NCBI GenBank assembly: GCA_963845565.1
Contig: CAWJSJ010000002.1
Coordinates: forward strand, 1,376,001-1,440,000
DNA: 64,000 nt
Reading direction: 5' to 3'
Source: an uncultured Methylomirabilota bacterium
Lineage (GTDB): Bacteria; Methylomirabilota; Methylomirabilia; Methylomirabilales; 2-02-FULL-66-22
This document shows positions 42,647 to 53,050 of the stretch, one piece after another; within the stretch, counting starts at the first letter, position 1; each line of letters begins with the position of its first letter. The notes under the pieces were generated by a model, which saw only the letters and a program-made list of their open reading frames with translations, was not told where the DNA came from and made no database searches. The position numbers and the translations under genes are program-made.

Positions 42647-43945
42647 ATGCTCGAGGCCGTCGGCGTCACGTTCCTCTTCCTGATCCTCATTCTGTTGGGC
42701 ACCCACCTCTTCATCGCCCTGGGCATCGCCGGGGCCGTCGGTCTCTACCTGTTCCGCGGCGTGGACGTGCTTTCCCTCATGATCACCTCGTTCTTCGGTC
42801 AGGCCACGACGTATGAGTTGGTGGCGCTGCCGCTCTTCGTCCTGATGGGACACGTCCTGGCCAAGAGCCCGATCGGGGCCGACCTGTTCTATCTGGGCTC
42901 GCGCTGGCTCTCGTGGCTGCCGGGCGGGCTGGCCATCGCCTCGATCGCGGCCTGCACCGTCTTTGGTGCCGTGTCGGGTGTCTCGGTGGCGGGGGTGGCG
43001 GCAATCGGGTCCATGGCCGTGCCGGAGATGATCAAGCACGGCTACTCGGTGAGGATCGCCGCCGGGTCGGTGGTGACGGCCGGGGCCCTGGCCATGCTGA
43101 TCCCGCCAAGCGTCCCGTTCATCATCTACAGCGCCATCACGGGCGAGTCGGTGGGCAAGCTGTTCATCGGCGGGATCGTTCCCGGCCTGGTCCTGGCCTT
43201 TGGATTGAGCCTGTATGTGTTCGTGCGGGTGAAGATCTCTCCCGACATGGCCCCCTCCTCCGACGATCTGAAGTTTACCTGGACCGATCGCTGGGCGGCC
43301 GTGCGGAAGGTCTGGCCCACGGCCGTCCTGGTGGGCATCGTGCTCGGGTCGATCTACCTGGGAATCGCTACACCGACCGAGGCCTCGGCCCTGGGGGCGG
43401 CGGGGGCGTTCCTGGTGGCGGGCCTCGTGTACGGCAACATGCCGCTCGCACGGATCATCCAGATCATCCGGGAGGCGCTGCGGATCAGCGTGGCCATCAT
43501 GCTCATCATCTGCTGCGCCAAGATCTTCGGCGACTACCTGAATCTGGTGCGCCTTCCGGAGACGATCTCCAGCTGGCTCCTCAGCCTGAATATGCCCCCC
43601 ATGGGGATGATGCTGGCGGTCCAGGGGCTGCTCATCATCGGCGGGATGTTCGTGGACGCCGCCTCCCTGGTCGTCATCACCACCCCCATTCTCCTCCCGC
43701 TGGTCAAGGGGCTCGGGTTCGATCCCCTCTGGTACGGGATCATCCTGGTGATCAACCTGGAGCTGGCGGTGGTCACGCCGCCGGTCGGCCTCAATCTGTA
43801 CACGCTCCGCAGCTGTTGCCCGTTCCTGACGGTCGAGCAGATCATCCGGGCCGCCATTCCGTTCCTGTTCGTGCAGCTCGCGTGTCTGCTCCTGTTCACG
43901 CTGTATCCGCCACTGGCCCTCTGGCTGCCGAGTTTCATGAAATGA
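42647..43945 (+). CDS. dctM: TRAP transporter large permease
   Basis: ALPLFVLMG, GAVSG, LIPPS, TPTEA, TPPVGLNL. Confidence 0.92.
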   Translation: MLEAVGVTFLFLILILLGTHLFIALGIAGAVGLYLFRGVDVLSLMITSFFGQATTYELVALPLFVLMGHVLAKSPIGADLFYLGSRWLSWLPGGLAIASIAACTVFGAVSGVSVAGVAAIGSMAVPEMIKHGYSVRIAAGSVVTAGALAMLIPPSVPFIIYSAITGESVGKLFIGGIVPGLVLAFGLSLYVFVRVKISPDMAPSSDDLKFTWTDRWAAVRKVWPTAVLVGIVLGSIYLGIATPTEASALGAAGAFLVAGLVYGNMPLARIIQIIREALRISVAIMLIICCAKIFGDYLNLVRLPETISSWLLSLNMPPMGMMLAVQGLLIIGGMFVDAASLVVITTPILLPLVKGLGFDPLWYGIILVINLELAVVTPPVGLNLYTLRSCCPFLTVEQIIRAAIPFLFVQLACLLLFTLYPPLALWLPSFMK

Positions 43946-43959
43946 CAAAGGAGGCTCTT

Positions 43960-44997
43960 ATGAACCGGATGACCCGACGCACTTTTCTCCGAACCGCTTC
44001 GGCCGGCGCCGTGTTCACGGCGACGGGCTCCTTCGGGAAGATCGCCTTTGCGGCGGTGCCGACCTACACGGGTGTGACCTACCTCACGCCTGGCTACACG
44101 GACATCCACCCACCGGTGATGGGGTTCGTGGAGCAACTGAAGAAGGCCGCCGGCGACTCGATGAAGATCGACTTCTTCGATTCGGGGACCCTGGTCAAGA
44201 CCGACGAGCAGGTCCAGGCCCTCCGGGCAGGAACCATCCAGTTCATGCTCCACACCAGCTCCTATGTCACGCGGACCTACCCCATCCTCGGGGTCACCGG
44301 CCTTCCCAGCCTCTGCCTGCACCTGTACGACCACGGCGAGCGGATGAATGTGGAGACCCCGCTCTGGAAGTTGATCAACGATGTGCTGGCCAAGGACAAC
44401 ACGTTCATGCTCACGTCCGGGGGCGGGAACTACGAGCCGGAGTACATCTGGAGCGGAAACAACAAGGTCACCAGTCTGGCCGAGCTGAAGGGACGCCGCG
44501 TGCGGATCGTCTCGTACGAGGCCGAAGAGGCCCTGAAGCCCTTCGGTGTGGCGGGCGCCCGCATCCCGTCGTCCGAGCTGTACTTGGCCGTGCAGCGCGG
44601 GACCGTGGATGCCGTGGTGGCCAACGTCAGCACCGTCACCGGCCGGAAGGTCCACGAGCAGGTCAAGTACTGTTACAAGCTGCCGGTCACGGCGTTCTGC
44701 ATGTCCTTCTTTTTCCTGAAGAGCACCTGGGACAAGCTGCCCGATAAGGCCAAGGCGGCGTTCTGGGAAGCGGGGAAGTGGTACGATACGAACGGCGCTC
44801 CCGCGGTAAACAAGAATGTGTATCCGCAGAGCATCTGGCCCATGGTGACCAAGGCCGGCGTCAAGGCCGTGACGCCGACCGCGGAGGAGCTGAAGCTCTT
44901 CGAGGAGCGGAGCCAGCCGGTCTGGGCGTGGTGGAAGAAGCAGGTGGGCGAGGAGATCGGACAGAAGGCGATCAACCTCGCGACGGGAAAGGCGTAG
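43960..44997 (+). CDS. dctP: TRAP substrate-binding protein with Tat signal
   Basis: MNRMTRRTFL twin-arginine leader, LKGRRVR, ELYLAVQRGTVDA; GGAGG SD. Confidence 0.88.
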   Translation: MNRMTRRTFLRTASAGAVFTATGSFGKIAFAAVPTYTGVTYLTPGYTDIHPPVMGFVEQLKKAAGDSMKIDFFDSGTLVKTDEQVQALRAGTIQFMLHTSSYVTRTYPILGVTGLPSLCLHLYDHGERMNVETPLWKLINDVLAKDNTFMLTSGGGNYEPEYIWSGNNKVTSLAELKGRRVRIVSYEAEEALKPFGVAGARIPSSELYLAVQRGTVDAVVANVSTVTGRKVHEQVKYCYKLPVTAFCMSFFFLKSTWDKLPDKAKAAFWEAGKWYDTNGAPAVNKNVYPQSIWPMVTKAGVKAVTPTAEELKLFEERSQPVWAWWKKQVGEEIGQKAINLATGKA

Positions 44998-44998
44998 T

Positions 44999-45139
44999 AG
45001 GCCGCTGAAAAACGCCCACCTGCTGCGTTGGCTTGCTCGGGCACTCGCTGCGGCGTACCTGGAGTACGCCTGGGCCCACCTGCGGTGGGTGCCCCACCTT
45101 GCGCGTGCCGCCTTGCATCTGGACCTTTTTGAGCGGCCT
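44999..45139. repeat. Family-2 repeat, copy 4
   Basis: AGGCCGCTGAAAAA / TTTTTGAGCGGCCT; GCGTAC-N5-GTACGC; CGCCTTGCATCTGG; immediately after dctP stop. Confidence 0.85.
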
Positions 45140-45189
45140 GACACACGACGGGTTGTCCAGCAGCCTGCAAGGCGGGCGGGGGAGCGGAT

Positions 45190-45711
45190 ATGGGATTCAT
45201 CGCGCGGGTAGGGCGACTCGGCGGCGTTCTGGGGGAGGCGGCCATGGCCTTCATGGTCGTGAGCATCTCCTACGACGTCCTGATGCGCTACATCTTCCTG
45301 GCTCCCACCAACTGGGCCCTGGAGGTGAACACCTTCCTCCTGGTGTTTCTGTGCACGATCCCCGCGGCCGATACCCTGACGGCGGGAACGCAGATCCAGA
45401 TCACGTTCCTCACCGAGCGGCTGCCGGCCGCGGTCCAGGCAAAGCTCCCCGTCATCGGGAACGCGGCGGGCCTCCTCTTCTGTGCCGTGATGACCTGGAA
45501 GGGGACGAGCATGACCTGGGCGGCGTTTCAGCACAACGACCGCATGTCGACCTCTCTGGGCACGCCGATGGCCATTCCGTACGCCCTGATGCCGATCGGG
45601 TTCGGTCTGCTGGGCCTGACGTATGCCGCCCGCATGATCCCGCGCTCCGCCAAGGCCGGGGCTGGATCGGGGCTGGCCGCGCCGCCTCCGGATGCCGGGC
45701 AACAGATCTGA
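45190..45711 (+). CDS. dctQ: TRAP transporter small permease
   Basis: 4 TMs, DVLMRY, WALEV motifs. Confidence 0.85.
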   Translation: MGFIARVGRLGGVLGEAAMAFMVVSISYDVLMRYIFLAPTNWALEVNTFLLVFLCTIPAADTLTAGTQIQITFLTERLPAAVQAKLPVIGNAAGLLFCAVMTWKGTSMTWAAFQHNDRMSTSLGTPMAIPYALMPIGFGLLGLTYAARMIPRSAKAGAGSGLAAPPPDAGQQI

Positions 45712-45853
45712 GCGGTGCGCGACCTGGGGCCGAAGCGGGACGAAAATGAGGGAGGCACGGCCGGTCAATGAGGAATATGGTTGGCCGGTTTTGCTTTCCG
45801 CGGGCTCCCTTTCTCGCTCGCAGGAGCGGGGAATATCGCAGGAGAGGTTGACC

Positions 45854-46741
45854 ATGTCAGACTCGCCAAGACGCACGACGCGGTTGCGTCAGTTATTCCA
45901 AGGGCCGGGGATCGTGATGGCGCCGGGCGCCTTCAATCCCCTCTCGGCTCTACTCGTAGAGCAGGCCGGTTTTCCGGCGATCTACATCACTGGGGCCGGG
46001 CTGGCGAGCAACCTCCTCGGCGTGCCGGACATCGGTCTGGTCTCGATGGCGGAGGTGCTGGAGGCCGCCAGGCGCATCGTGCAGGTCACCGGCGTTCCGG
46101 CCATCTGCGACGTGGACACCGGCTTCGGCAACGCGGTCAACGTGATCCGCACGGTGCGGGAGTTCGAGGCGGCCGGCCTGGCCGCCATCCAGCTCGAAGA
46201 CCAGGTGATGCCCAAGAAGTGCGGGCATACCGAGGGAAAGCAGTTGATCCCGAGGGCCGAGATGGTGCAGAAGATCAAGGCCGCCGCGGACACGCGGCAG
46301 GATCCGGATTTCGTCCTCATCGCCCGCACGGACGCCATCGCCGTGACCGGCCTGGAGGACGCGCTGGATCGGGCGAATGCCTACCGGGAGGCCGGGGCGG
46401 ACATCCTGTTTGTCGAGGCGCCGCGCACGGTGGATGAGATGCGCCGGATCACCCGGGAGGTGCCGGGCGTACACCTGGTCAACGTGGTGGAGGGCGGGGG
46501 CAAGACGCCGGTGCTTCGCGCGGAGGAGTATTGCGAGATCGGCTACCACCTCGCGATCTATCCGATCGCACCCTGGACGGCATCCATCAAGGCCATGCAG
46601 GAGGTCCTGGGGGTGCTCCGGTCAGACGGCGTCACCAGCCGCTACGCGGACCGGATGGTCTCTTTCCAGGAGATGTTCGAGATCGTCGGGCGATCGCGGT
46701 ACGCGGCCCTGGAGCGGAAGTACTCGGCCCGCGAATCGTAG
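45854..46741 (+). CDS. Isocitrate lyase/PEP mutase family lyase (PrpB / dimethylmalate lyase-like)
   Basis: DVDTGFGN, LEDQVMPKKCGH, IARTDA, GADILFVEA. Confidence 0.88.
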   Translation: MSDSPRRTTRLRQLFQGPGIVMAPGAFNPLSALLVEQAGFPAIYITGAGLASNLLGVPDIGLVSMAEVLEAARRIVQVTGVPAICDVDTGFGNAVNVIRTVREFEAAGLAAIQLEDQVMPKKCGHTEGKQLIPRAEMVQKIKAAADTRQDPDFVLIARTDAIAVTGLEDALDRANAYREAGADILFVEAPRTVDEMRRITREVPGVHLVNVVEGGGKTPVLRAEEYCEIGYHLAIYPIAPWTASIKAMQEVLGVLRSDGVTSRYADRMVSFQEMFEIVGRSRYAALERKYSARES

Positions 46742-46798
46742 CCGCCCGCCTCTCCCCGCGTATTGGCTTGACAGCCTTTCCTTCGACGCGCGAAGCGC

Positions 46799-48536
46799 TC
46801 AGTCCAACAGCTCCTCACCCGCGATGATGTCCTCGACGGCGAGCGTGCTGAGGAGGTAGTGGCGGACCCGGTAGGTGAGATAGTCGTCCTTGTCCAGGGT
46901 GCCCGGCTTCAGGACCAGGCCGTAGCGATTGCGCGACTGATCGGGGGTGACAAGGCCGCGGACGAGATCCTCCTCCAGCCGCATGATGGAGCGCTGGAAG
47001 GGGATGCCCCAGCCGCCCCCACCGGCGCTTTCCAGGACGAGGCGATCCCCCGCCTCCAGGTGGAGGGTGATCCTGCCTGGTCCGAGCTTCTCCCGCGTTC
47101 CGTGGCGCGCCGTGACGTGGAGCACCCGGGCGTCGGTTCCCCGCATCCCGCCCTGCATGCCGAGGGCCCGGCCGGGGAGGAGGAGATCGACCTCCGCCTG
47201 GCCCTCGAGCAACTGGAGCTCCAGGCGAACGCCGGCGCCGCCGTGGTACTGGCCGGGGCCCGCCGAATCGGCCAGGATCTCGAAGCGCAGAATCCGCACC
47301 GGCAGCGCCCGTTCGATCTCCTCCACGCCGTGGGTCCGGTGCGGCGCGAAGGTGGACGTCCCGTGCGTCAGGCCGTCCCCGAAGACCGATGCGCCCAAAC
47401 CGCCGGGAAGACCCAAACGCGCCTGGTACCGGCTGCCGTCGTTGCGCTCGCCGCGGAGATCCGCCAGGAGACAGGCGGCGTCCGGGGCGTGGGTCAGATG
47501 GGAGAGTGTGCCGGCAAAGGCGGCCCGGATCGCGTCGGCCACCGCCTGTGCCCCGCCGAATCGCGCCTCGCCCGAGGGGCGACGAGCCATAGCGGCTCCC
47601 AGCGATGTCTGGATGGACACGGCCTCGGCCAGGCCCCCCAGGACCGCGAGGGTCGGCGACTCCGCTGCCGCGGCCTCGCGGATGGCCGCCCGGACGGCCG
47701 CCCGGGCCAGCGCGGGCGTGATGCCCCAGCCGGGGTCCGAGCCTTCCACCCGCACGGTGACAGGCGAGCCGTCCCGGCGGATGCGGGCCGTGAAGGGCGC
47801 CGCCCGCCCGACGATCTCATCGGTTTCCAGTTTTCCCAGGATCTGCTGCAGCGCGCGCCGGGCACCTGCGGCGGCCACCTCGGCCAGGCCGGGGAGACCA
47901 TCGGCGCCAAAGCGGTCCAGGGCGTCCTCCAGCGCGTTGCGGCCGAGGCCGAGGGCGTGAAGCTGGGCCGCGAAGTCCTCGCGAAATCCTGCCGGATCGT
48001 CGGCGTTGGCCGCGAGCAGGGAGACGGTTTCCGCTTTCACGCGGCCGAGATGGCCCGCCCGCAACCAGGGGAGGACCAATCCCTCTCGCCGCAGGCGATC
48101 CACGGGGGCCAGGGTGGCTCGCCCCAGGCCGGGATGGCTGGCCGTCAGCGCCACGAATGCCACCAGGCACCCCTCCCGCACGATCGGGGTGGCCAGCACC
48201 AGGTCCTCGACGCCCGCCGCATCGCAGTCCGGATCGTTGGTCAGGTACAATTCCCCCGAGGCGATGGGCCGGTCGGCGGATTGGTGCCGACCCACCAGAT
48301 GTGGCGAGCGCCTCCGCCGCGGATTCCGCGAGCAGGGGATGGCTTTCCCGCCCGCCCAGTAAAAGCGCGCCCGTCGGCAGGTAGAATCCCGCGGCGGTGC
48401 TCCCGTGGCGGCCGATGCTGGCCGAACCGGCGGCCTGGCGCAGGGTCGCGTCCATGGCGGTCGCCGCCTCCTCCAGGTGGAGCCGCAGCGCCACGCCGGC
48501 GCCCGGCGGGAGCGGGGAGAGCGGAGTGGCCGTCAT
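46799..48536 (-). CDS. Divergent hydantoinase B/oxoprolinase family protein (frameshift near 48297)
   Basis: LTNDP, GGLGA...DG, DSAGPGQYHGG, GGGGWG motifs; ATGA overlap with the A subunit. Confidence 0.75.
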
Positions 48537-50545
48537 GCCGCGGTCTCCAGGATCAGGTTTCCCCAGCGATCGGCGTGGTATGGCATCCCCGGAGGGACGA
48601 AGGCACTGGCCCCCGGCAGGACGACGAGGGCCGGCCCGGTCACCGGGCGATCGATGGCGAGCGACTCCACCGGTACCTGGGGTGTCCCCCGAGGACTCAG
48701 CGGCTCCGCGCCGCCCGCCGCCGCATGGCTCTCCTGCCGACGGCGGAAGGTGGCTTCCAGGGAGGGGCCGAACGCGACCGCGGTGGTTCCGCGCTCCAGC
48801 ACGGCGAGCAAACGTATCACGCGAATCGTCTCCGCCGCCGGCCGGACGCCGTAGGCGTGCTGGGCGAAGGTCTGGTATCGACGCAGGCGCGCCTCTTCGG
48901 GTTCGTCGGGATCCCGGACGAGCAGCAGGTCCTCGTGGGGATTCTCACCGCGCCGCGTGACGAGTGCGAGGCGAAGGTGACCCGAGGTTTCCAGAGGAAA
49001 GGCGGCGGCGCACAGCTCCCGCAGGCGGCCGGCGACAGGGTACTCAGGCGCTCGTTCACGGACAGGAGTGCGACCTTGGCGGGCGGGCAGAGCAAGCAGC
49101 CGAGCGCGGAGAAACCCGAGGCCAGGTACGGGACCACCACGCGCTTCAGGCCGAGCCGCTGGGCCACCGGTGCGGCGTGCACGGGGCCGGCGCCGCCGAA
49201 CGCGATCAGGGTCGCCTTTCCGGGCGAGGTGCCGCGAGCCGTGAGCTGGGTCCGGAGGAAAGCCGCCATGCGGGCCTCGGCCACCTCGAGGACCATGCGG
49301 GCCGCATCGCGGGGCTCCATCCCGAATCCCGAGCACACCTCGGCCAGCATCGCCTGTTCGGCGGGGGCGGGGTCCAGGGGGGGTAACCCCAGATCCGTGC
49401 GGTCGCCGACCAGTCGGTCGAGCAGGAGGCTGGCGTCGGTGACCGTCGGCTTCCGGCCGCCCTTGCCGAAGCAGGCCGGACCCGGGTGCGCGCCGGCGCT
49501 CTGCGGTCCCACCTGGAGACCGCCGGCGACGGACTCGTCCAGCCAGGCCAGGCTGCCGCCGCCGATCCCGACGGTTTGAATGTCCACGCACGGCACGGCG
49601 ACCTGCAGCCCGAATTCGAGCGTCCGATCGGCGCGGAGCTGCGGCTGGCCGTCCTGGAGGATGGCGACGTCGAAACTGGTCCCACCCATGTCCGCGGTTA
49701 CGGCCGAGGAGAGACGGAGGAGCTGGCTCAGCGCCGCGCCGGCAACGGCGCCGCCGGCCGGCCCCGACAGGACGGTCTGGAGCGGAGACCGGCGGACCTC
49801 CTCTGGTGTCAAGGACGCGCCGGCCGACTCGATGAATCGAAAGACCGGCGACATGCCCGCGGTGGACAGGACACGCTCCAGCGCCGCCACGTATCGGTGC
49901 ATGAGCGGTGTGAGATAGGCCGCCAGCGCGGCCGTGGCGGTGCGCAGCCGCTCGTCGGGGAAGGGGCCGACCTCGCTGCCCAGGACGAGCGCGCCGGCTG
50001 GGCCAGTGGCGGCGGAGGATCTCGCGGGCGCGCCGCTCGTGGGTGTCATTCTGATCCGCGTGGACGAACGAGATCGCCAGCGCCTCGATCCCCTGCGCCG
50101 TCAGGGCGGACACCAGGCCGGCAATCTCGTCCTCGACCAGCGCCTGGAGGACGCCCCCGGAGGCATCCAAACGCTCGGCGGCCTCCCATCGCCATTGGCG
50201 TGGGATCACCGGTTCGAAGGCCGGTTGCCAGCCACGAAGCGTGCGCCGTCCTCCGTCGCGGAGCTCCAGGAGATCGCGAAATCCCGCCGTGGTCAGCAGG
50301 CCCGTGCGGGCCCCCTTGCGCTCGAGCAGCGCATTCGTCGCCACGGTCGTCCCGTGGGCAATCTCGGCGATCTGGTCCGCCGGGGCCCCGCTCTTTCCGA
50401 GGGCGGCCTGGATGCCGGACGCGATATCGTGGGGCGTGGTGGGGGCCTTGTGGAGCGTGAGACTGCCGTCCGCCTGGTCGCAGACGACAATATCGGTGAA
50501 GGTCCCACCGACGTCAATCCCGATGTGGTACCGGTCATGAGCCAT
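48533..50545 (-). CDS. Hydantoinase A/oxoprolinase family ATP-binding subunit (compensating frameshifts near 49992 and 49030)
   Basis: IDVGGTFTD, HGTTVATNALLE, SGPAGG, DMGGTSFD, GPQSAGAHPGP, AFGGAGP. Confidence 0.85.
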   Translation of the reverse strand: MAHDRYHIGIDVGGTFTDIVVCDQADGSLTLHKAPTTPHDIASGIQAALGKSGAPADQIAEIAHGTTVATNALLERKGARTGLLTTAGFRDLLELRDGGRRTLRGWQPAFEPVIPRQWRWEAAERLDASGGVLQALVEDEIAGLVSALTAQGIEALAISFVHADQNDTHERRAREILRRHWPSRRARPGQRGRPLPRRAAAHRHGRAGGLSHTAHAPIRGGAGACPVHRGHVAGLSIHRVGRRVLDTRGGPPVSAPDRPVGAGRRRRCRRGAEPAPPSLLGRNRGHGWDQFRRRHPPGRPAAAPRRSDARIRAAGRRAVRGHSNRRDRRRQPGLAGRVRRRRSPGGTAERRRAPGSGLLRQGRPEADGHRRQPPARPTGRRPHGSGVTPPGPRPRRTGDAGRGVLGIRDGAPRCGPHGPRGGRGPHGGFPPDPAHGSRHLARKGDPDRVRRRRPRARRTGGPAARPEARGGPVPGLGFLRARLLALPARQGRTPVRERAPEYPVAGRLRELCAAAFPLETSGHLRLALVTRRGENPHEDLLLVRDPDEPEEARLRRYQTFAQHAYGVRPAAETIRVIRLLAVLERGTTAVAFGPSLEATFRRRQESHAAAGGAEPLSPRGTPQVPVESLAIDRPVTGPALVVLPGASAFVPPGMPYHADRWGNLILETAA

Positions 50546-50629
50546 GCGTATCTCCCTGAACCCGCGGGATCATACGCGGTTTTGCGCAGCGTCGCAAGCC
50601 GCAAGACACCGGTGGAGGTAACGAGAAAC

Positions 50630-50656
50630 CACAGATTTCGCAGATTACACAGATTC
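50630..50656. repeat. 9-bp tandem repeat x3
   Basis: CACAGATTT CGCAGATTA CACAGATTC. Confidence 0.7.
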
Positions 50657-50749
50657 AACCGAGAAAGACTTTGGGATGGATCCCTTCGCGGGATTCACTC
50701 CTCTCAGCAATTCGAGGTTCAGCAAGCCGCGAAGAATTCCTGTATGGTT

Positions 50750-50896
50750 CAGGCCGCTCAAAACGGTCCAGCCGCAAGACGGGGCCGGATGCGCCGAGCG
50801 AGGCGTACTGGGAGGTACGCCGCAACGAGTGCGCGACGACCCGGGGCACCCGTCCGCAGGATGGGTCACCGCGGATGGGCTGTTTTCAGCGGCCTG
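50750..50896. repeat. Family-2 repeat, copy 5
   Basis: CAGGCCGCTCAAAACGGTCCA / TGGGCTGTTTTCAGCGGCCTG; GCGTAC-N6-GTACGC; contains the tag stop codon. Confidence 0.85.
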
Positions 50897-51470
50897 GGCG
50901 GGAGAGTTCGGCGTGGCGGATGCAGGAGACGAGGTGATCGTTCACCATCCCGACGGCTTGCATGAAGGCGTAGCAGATAGTGGGGCCGACGAAACGAAAG
51001 CCGCGGGTGCGGAGGTTGCGGCTCATGGCCTCGGCTTCGGGAGTCCGGGCCGGCACCTCGGCCATGGAGCGCCAGCGATTGGTGCGTGGACGGCCGCCCG
51101 CGAACGACCACAGGTAGGTGTCGAGGCTACCGAATTCCTGCTGCACGGTCAGGGCCGCGCGCGCATTTTCGATCGCAGATCGGATCTTGAGGCGGTTTCG
51201 AACGATACCGGAATCCGCGAGCAGTCGCGCCACGGCGCCTTCGTCGTAGGCGGCGACGGCCGCGATCGCGAAATCGTCGAACGCGGCGCGGTAGGCCGCC
51301 CGCTTCTTGAGAATCGTCTCCCAGCTCAGGCCGGCCTGAGCCCCTTCGAGAACGAGGAACTCGAAGAGCAGCCGATCATCGTGGACAGGCACGCCCCACT
51401 CGGCGTCATGGTAGGCGATAGAGAGTTCTGTCTTGGCCCACGGGCACCGCTCAGTCACGGCCATCTGCAC
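50886..51470 (-). CDS. tag: DNA-3-methyladenine glycosylase I
   Basis: RCPW, YHDAEWG, LEGAQAGLSW, IVRNRLKI, FVGPTICYAFMQAVGMVNDH..C. Confidence 0.95.
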   Translation of the reverse strand: MQMAVTERCPWAKTELSIAYHDAEWGVPVHDDRLLFEFLVLEGAQAGLSWETILKKRAAYRAAFDDFAIAAVAAYDEGAVARLLADSGIVRNRLKIRSAIENARAALTVQQEFGSLDTYLWSFAGGRPRTNRWRSMAEVPARTPEAEAMSRNLRTRGFRFVGPTICYAFMQAVGMVNDHLVSCIRHAELSRPGR

Positions 51471-51562
51471 TCTATTCTCCCCGCACCTGGCGCCCCGACT
51501 CGATCGTCCGGCTTTCCTCGATCCGCGCGGCCCGGCGGCTAGGCGGCATGCTGCTTTTTCGC

Positions 51563-51615
51563 TCTCCCCTGCCCCCTGCCTGCTGCCTGCTGCCCCCTGT
51601 TCTTTCCTGTCCCCC
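51563..51615. repeat. 7-bp periodic pyrimidine-rich tandem repeat
   Basis: TCTCCCC TGCCCCC TGCCTGC TGCCTGC TGCCCCC TGTTCTT. Confidence 0.7.
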
Positions 51616-51618
51616 TCG

Positions 51619-52536
51619 CTATCCCTGTCGAACCTCGATCGTCCCCCGGATCACCGGGACCGTCGTTCCGCCGACTCGGATGGTGGCGGGCATGCCGAGC
51701 GCATCGCGAATCACCTCGACCCAGATCCGACTCGGCCGGCCCATCTCGATGCCCTGTTCCACCACGAAGGCCGTCTGCGCCTTCGGAAGGACGCCGTGGA
51801 CGGCGAGATACGCCCCCAGCGGGCCGGCGGCCGAACCCGTCGCCGGGTCTTCGGGAACGCCCGCCCCCGGCGCGAACATCCGGGCGTGGGCGAGCGTGTC
51901 CGGGGCGGTCGCCTGGAGACAGAAGACGAAGCAGCCCAGCGCTCCGCAGCCTCCCAGGAGCGTATCGAGCCTGGCAGCGTCGGGCCGAAGGCGTCCGATG
52001 GTGTCCAGATCAGGCACCGGGACCATCAGGTGCCCCAGACCCGTGGACACCACCTGAACGACCAGCCTAGTTCCGGCAATAGCGACAGGATTCACTCCGA
52101 GCGCCTCGGCCACCGGGGTCAGGTCGCGCAAGACCTCGCCGAAAGCCGGCTTTCCCTGGGTCATGATCACGCGGCCGGGCTGTCCGCCGGATACCTCGAT
52201 CTCCAGAGGCAACGTGCCGACGCCGACCTGCTGGAAGATCCGGGTGACCGGCTCCTGCAGCGGGAACCGGCCGGCACGCGCCATGACGTAGGCCGTCCCG
52301 ACGCTCGGATGGCCCGCGAAGGGGATCTCCTTGGCGGGCGTGAAGATCCGCATCCAGTACGTCGCGTTGGGGTCCGTCGGCGGGAGGACGAAGGTGGTCT
52401 CGGACAGGTTCATCTCCCGGGCGATGGCCTGCATCTGTTCGGTGGAGAGGCCCGTGCCGTCCGGCACCACACAGAGCGCGTTGCCGGCGAATGGCCGATC
52501 GGTGAAGACGTCTACTTGTTCGAAAAGTATCTGCAT
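51619..52536 (-). CDS. PhzF-family isomerase
   Basis: VDVFT...GN, EMNLSETTF, RIFTP..EIPFAGHP, EDPATGSA, QGIEMGRPS. Confidence 0.92.
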   Translation of the reverse strand: MQILFEQVDVFTDRPFAGNALCVVPDGTGLSTEQMQAIAREMNLSETTFVLPPTDPNATYWMRIFTPAKEIPFAGHPSVGTAYVMARAGRFPLQEPVTRIFQQVGVGTLPLEIEVSGGQPGRVIMTQGKPAFGEVLRDLTPVAEALGVNPVAIAGTRLVVQVVSTGLGHLMVPVPDLDTIGRLRPDAARLDTLLGGCGALGCFVFCLQATAPDTLAHARMFAPGAGVPEDPATGSAAGPLGAYLAVHGVLPKAQTAFVVEQGIEMGRPSRIWVEVIRDALGMPATIRVGGTTVPVIRGTIEVRQG

Positions 52537-52600
52537 GGACCCCTCCACGTCGAATCCGTCTCCGGCTACGCCACCACGCGGTAAAGGCGATCCATCTTTG

Positions 52601-52847
52601 TCACTTCACACGAAACAGGCGTGCGACAAGATCGTCTCGCGTGATCTCGAAATGCCGAGCAATGTCGGCCAGAATTGCGGCGAGCGTACCAACGCGGAGG
52701 GGGTTGTTGCGGGACGGTAAGATGATGTTCCCCGTGTTCAAAGGTCGTGAGGCGAAGATGGCTACCAGTCTGGCGAGTCACCCGGTATCCGAGGGCTCCT
52801 AAGGCCTGGGCAAGATCAGTGCCTGAGAGGTCGCGGGGAAGCCTCAT
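52601..52847 (-). CDS. hicA: HicA-family toxin (frameshift near 52707)
   Basis: LGY..TRQTGSH, LTVP; second frame continues NPLRVGTLAAIL...LFRVK* ending at 52601. Confidence 0.8.
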
Positions 52848-53050
52848 ACGGCAATCACTTCCTCGCGGACGAAGTGAAGTCGGATGACCCTGGGGGTCTG
52901 CCCCTCGTCAAAGTGGCATCGCACGGCGTCGCGAATCTGGGCATGGAGATCTGCCAGGCTATCGGCCTCGGTGAAAATCGACGCGCTGAGGGCGCGGGCC
53001 GTGTAGCCGCCCTCCGGTGCCTCTTCTACCACAAAGATCAACTCCGCCAC
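52844..53050 (-). CDS. hicB: HicB-like antitoxin lacking a DNA-binding domain
   Basis: 68 aa, EEAPEGGYTA, IFTEAD, IRDAVRCHF; ATGA overlap with hicA. Confidence 0.75.
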   Translation of the reverse strand: MAELIFVVEEAPEGGYTARALSASIFTEADSLADLHAQIRDAVRCHFDEGQTPRVIRLHFVREEVIAV

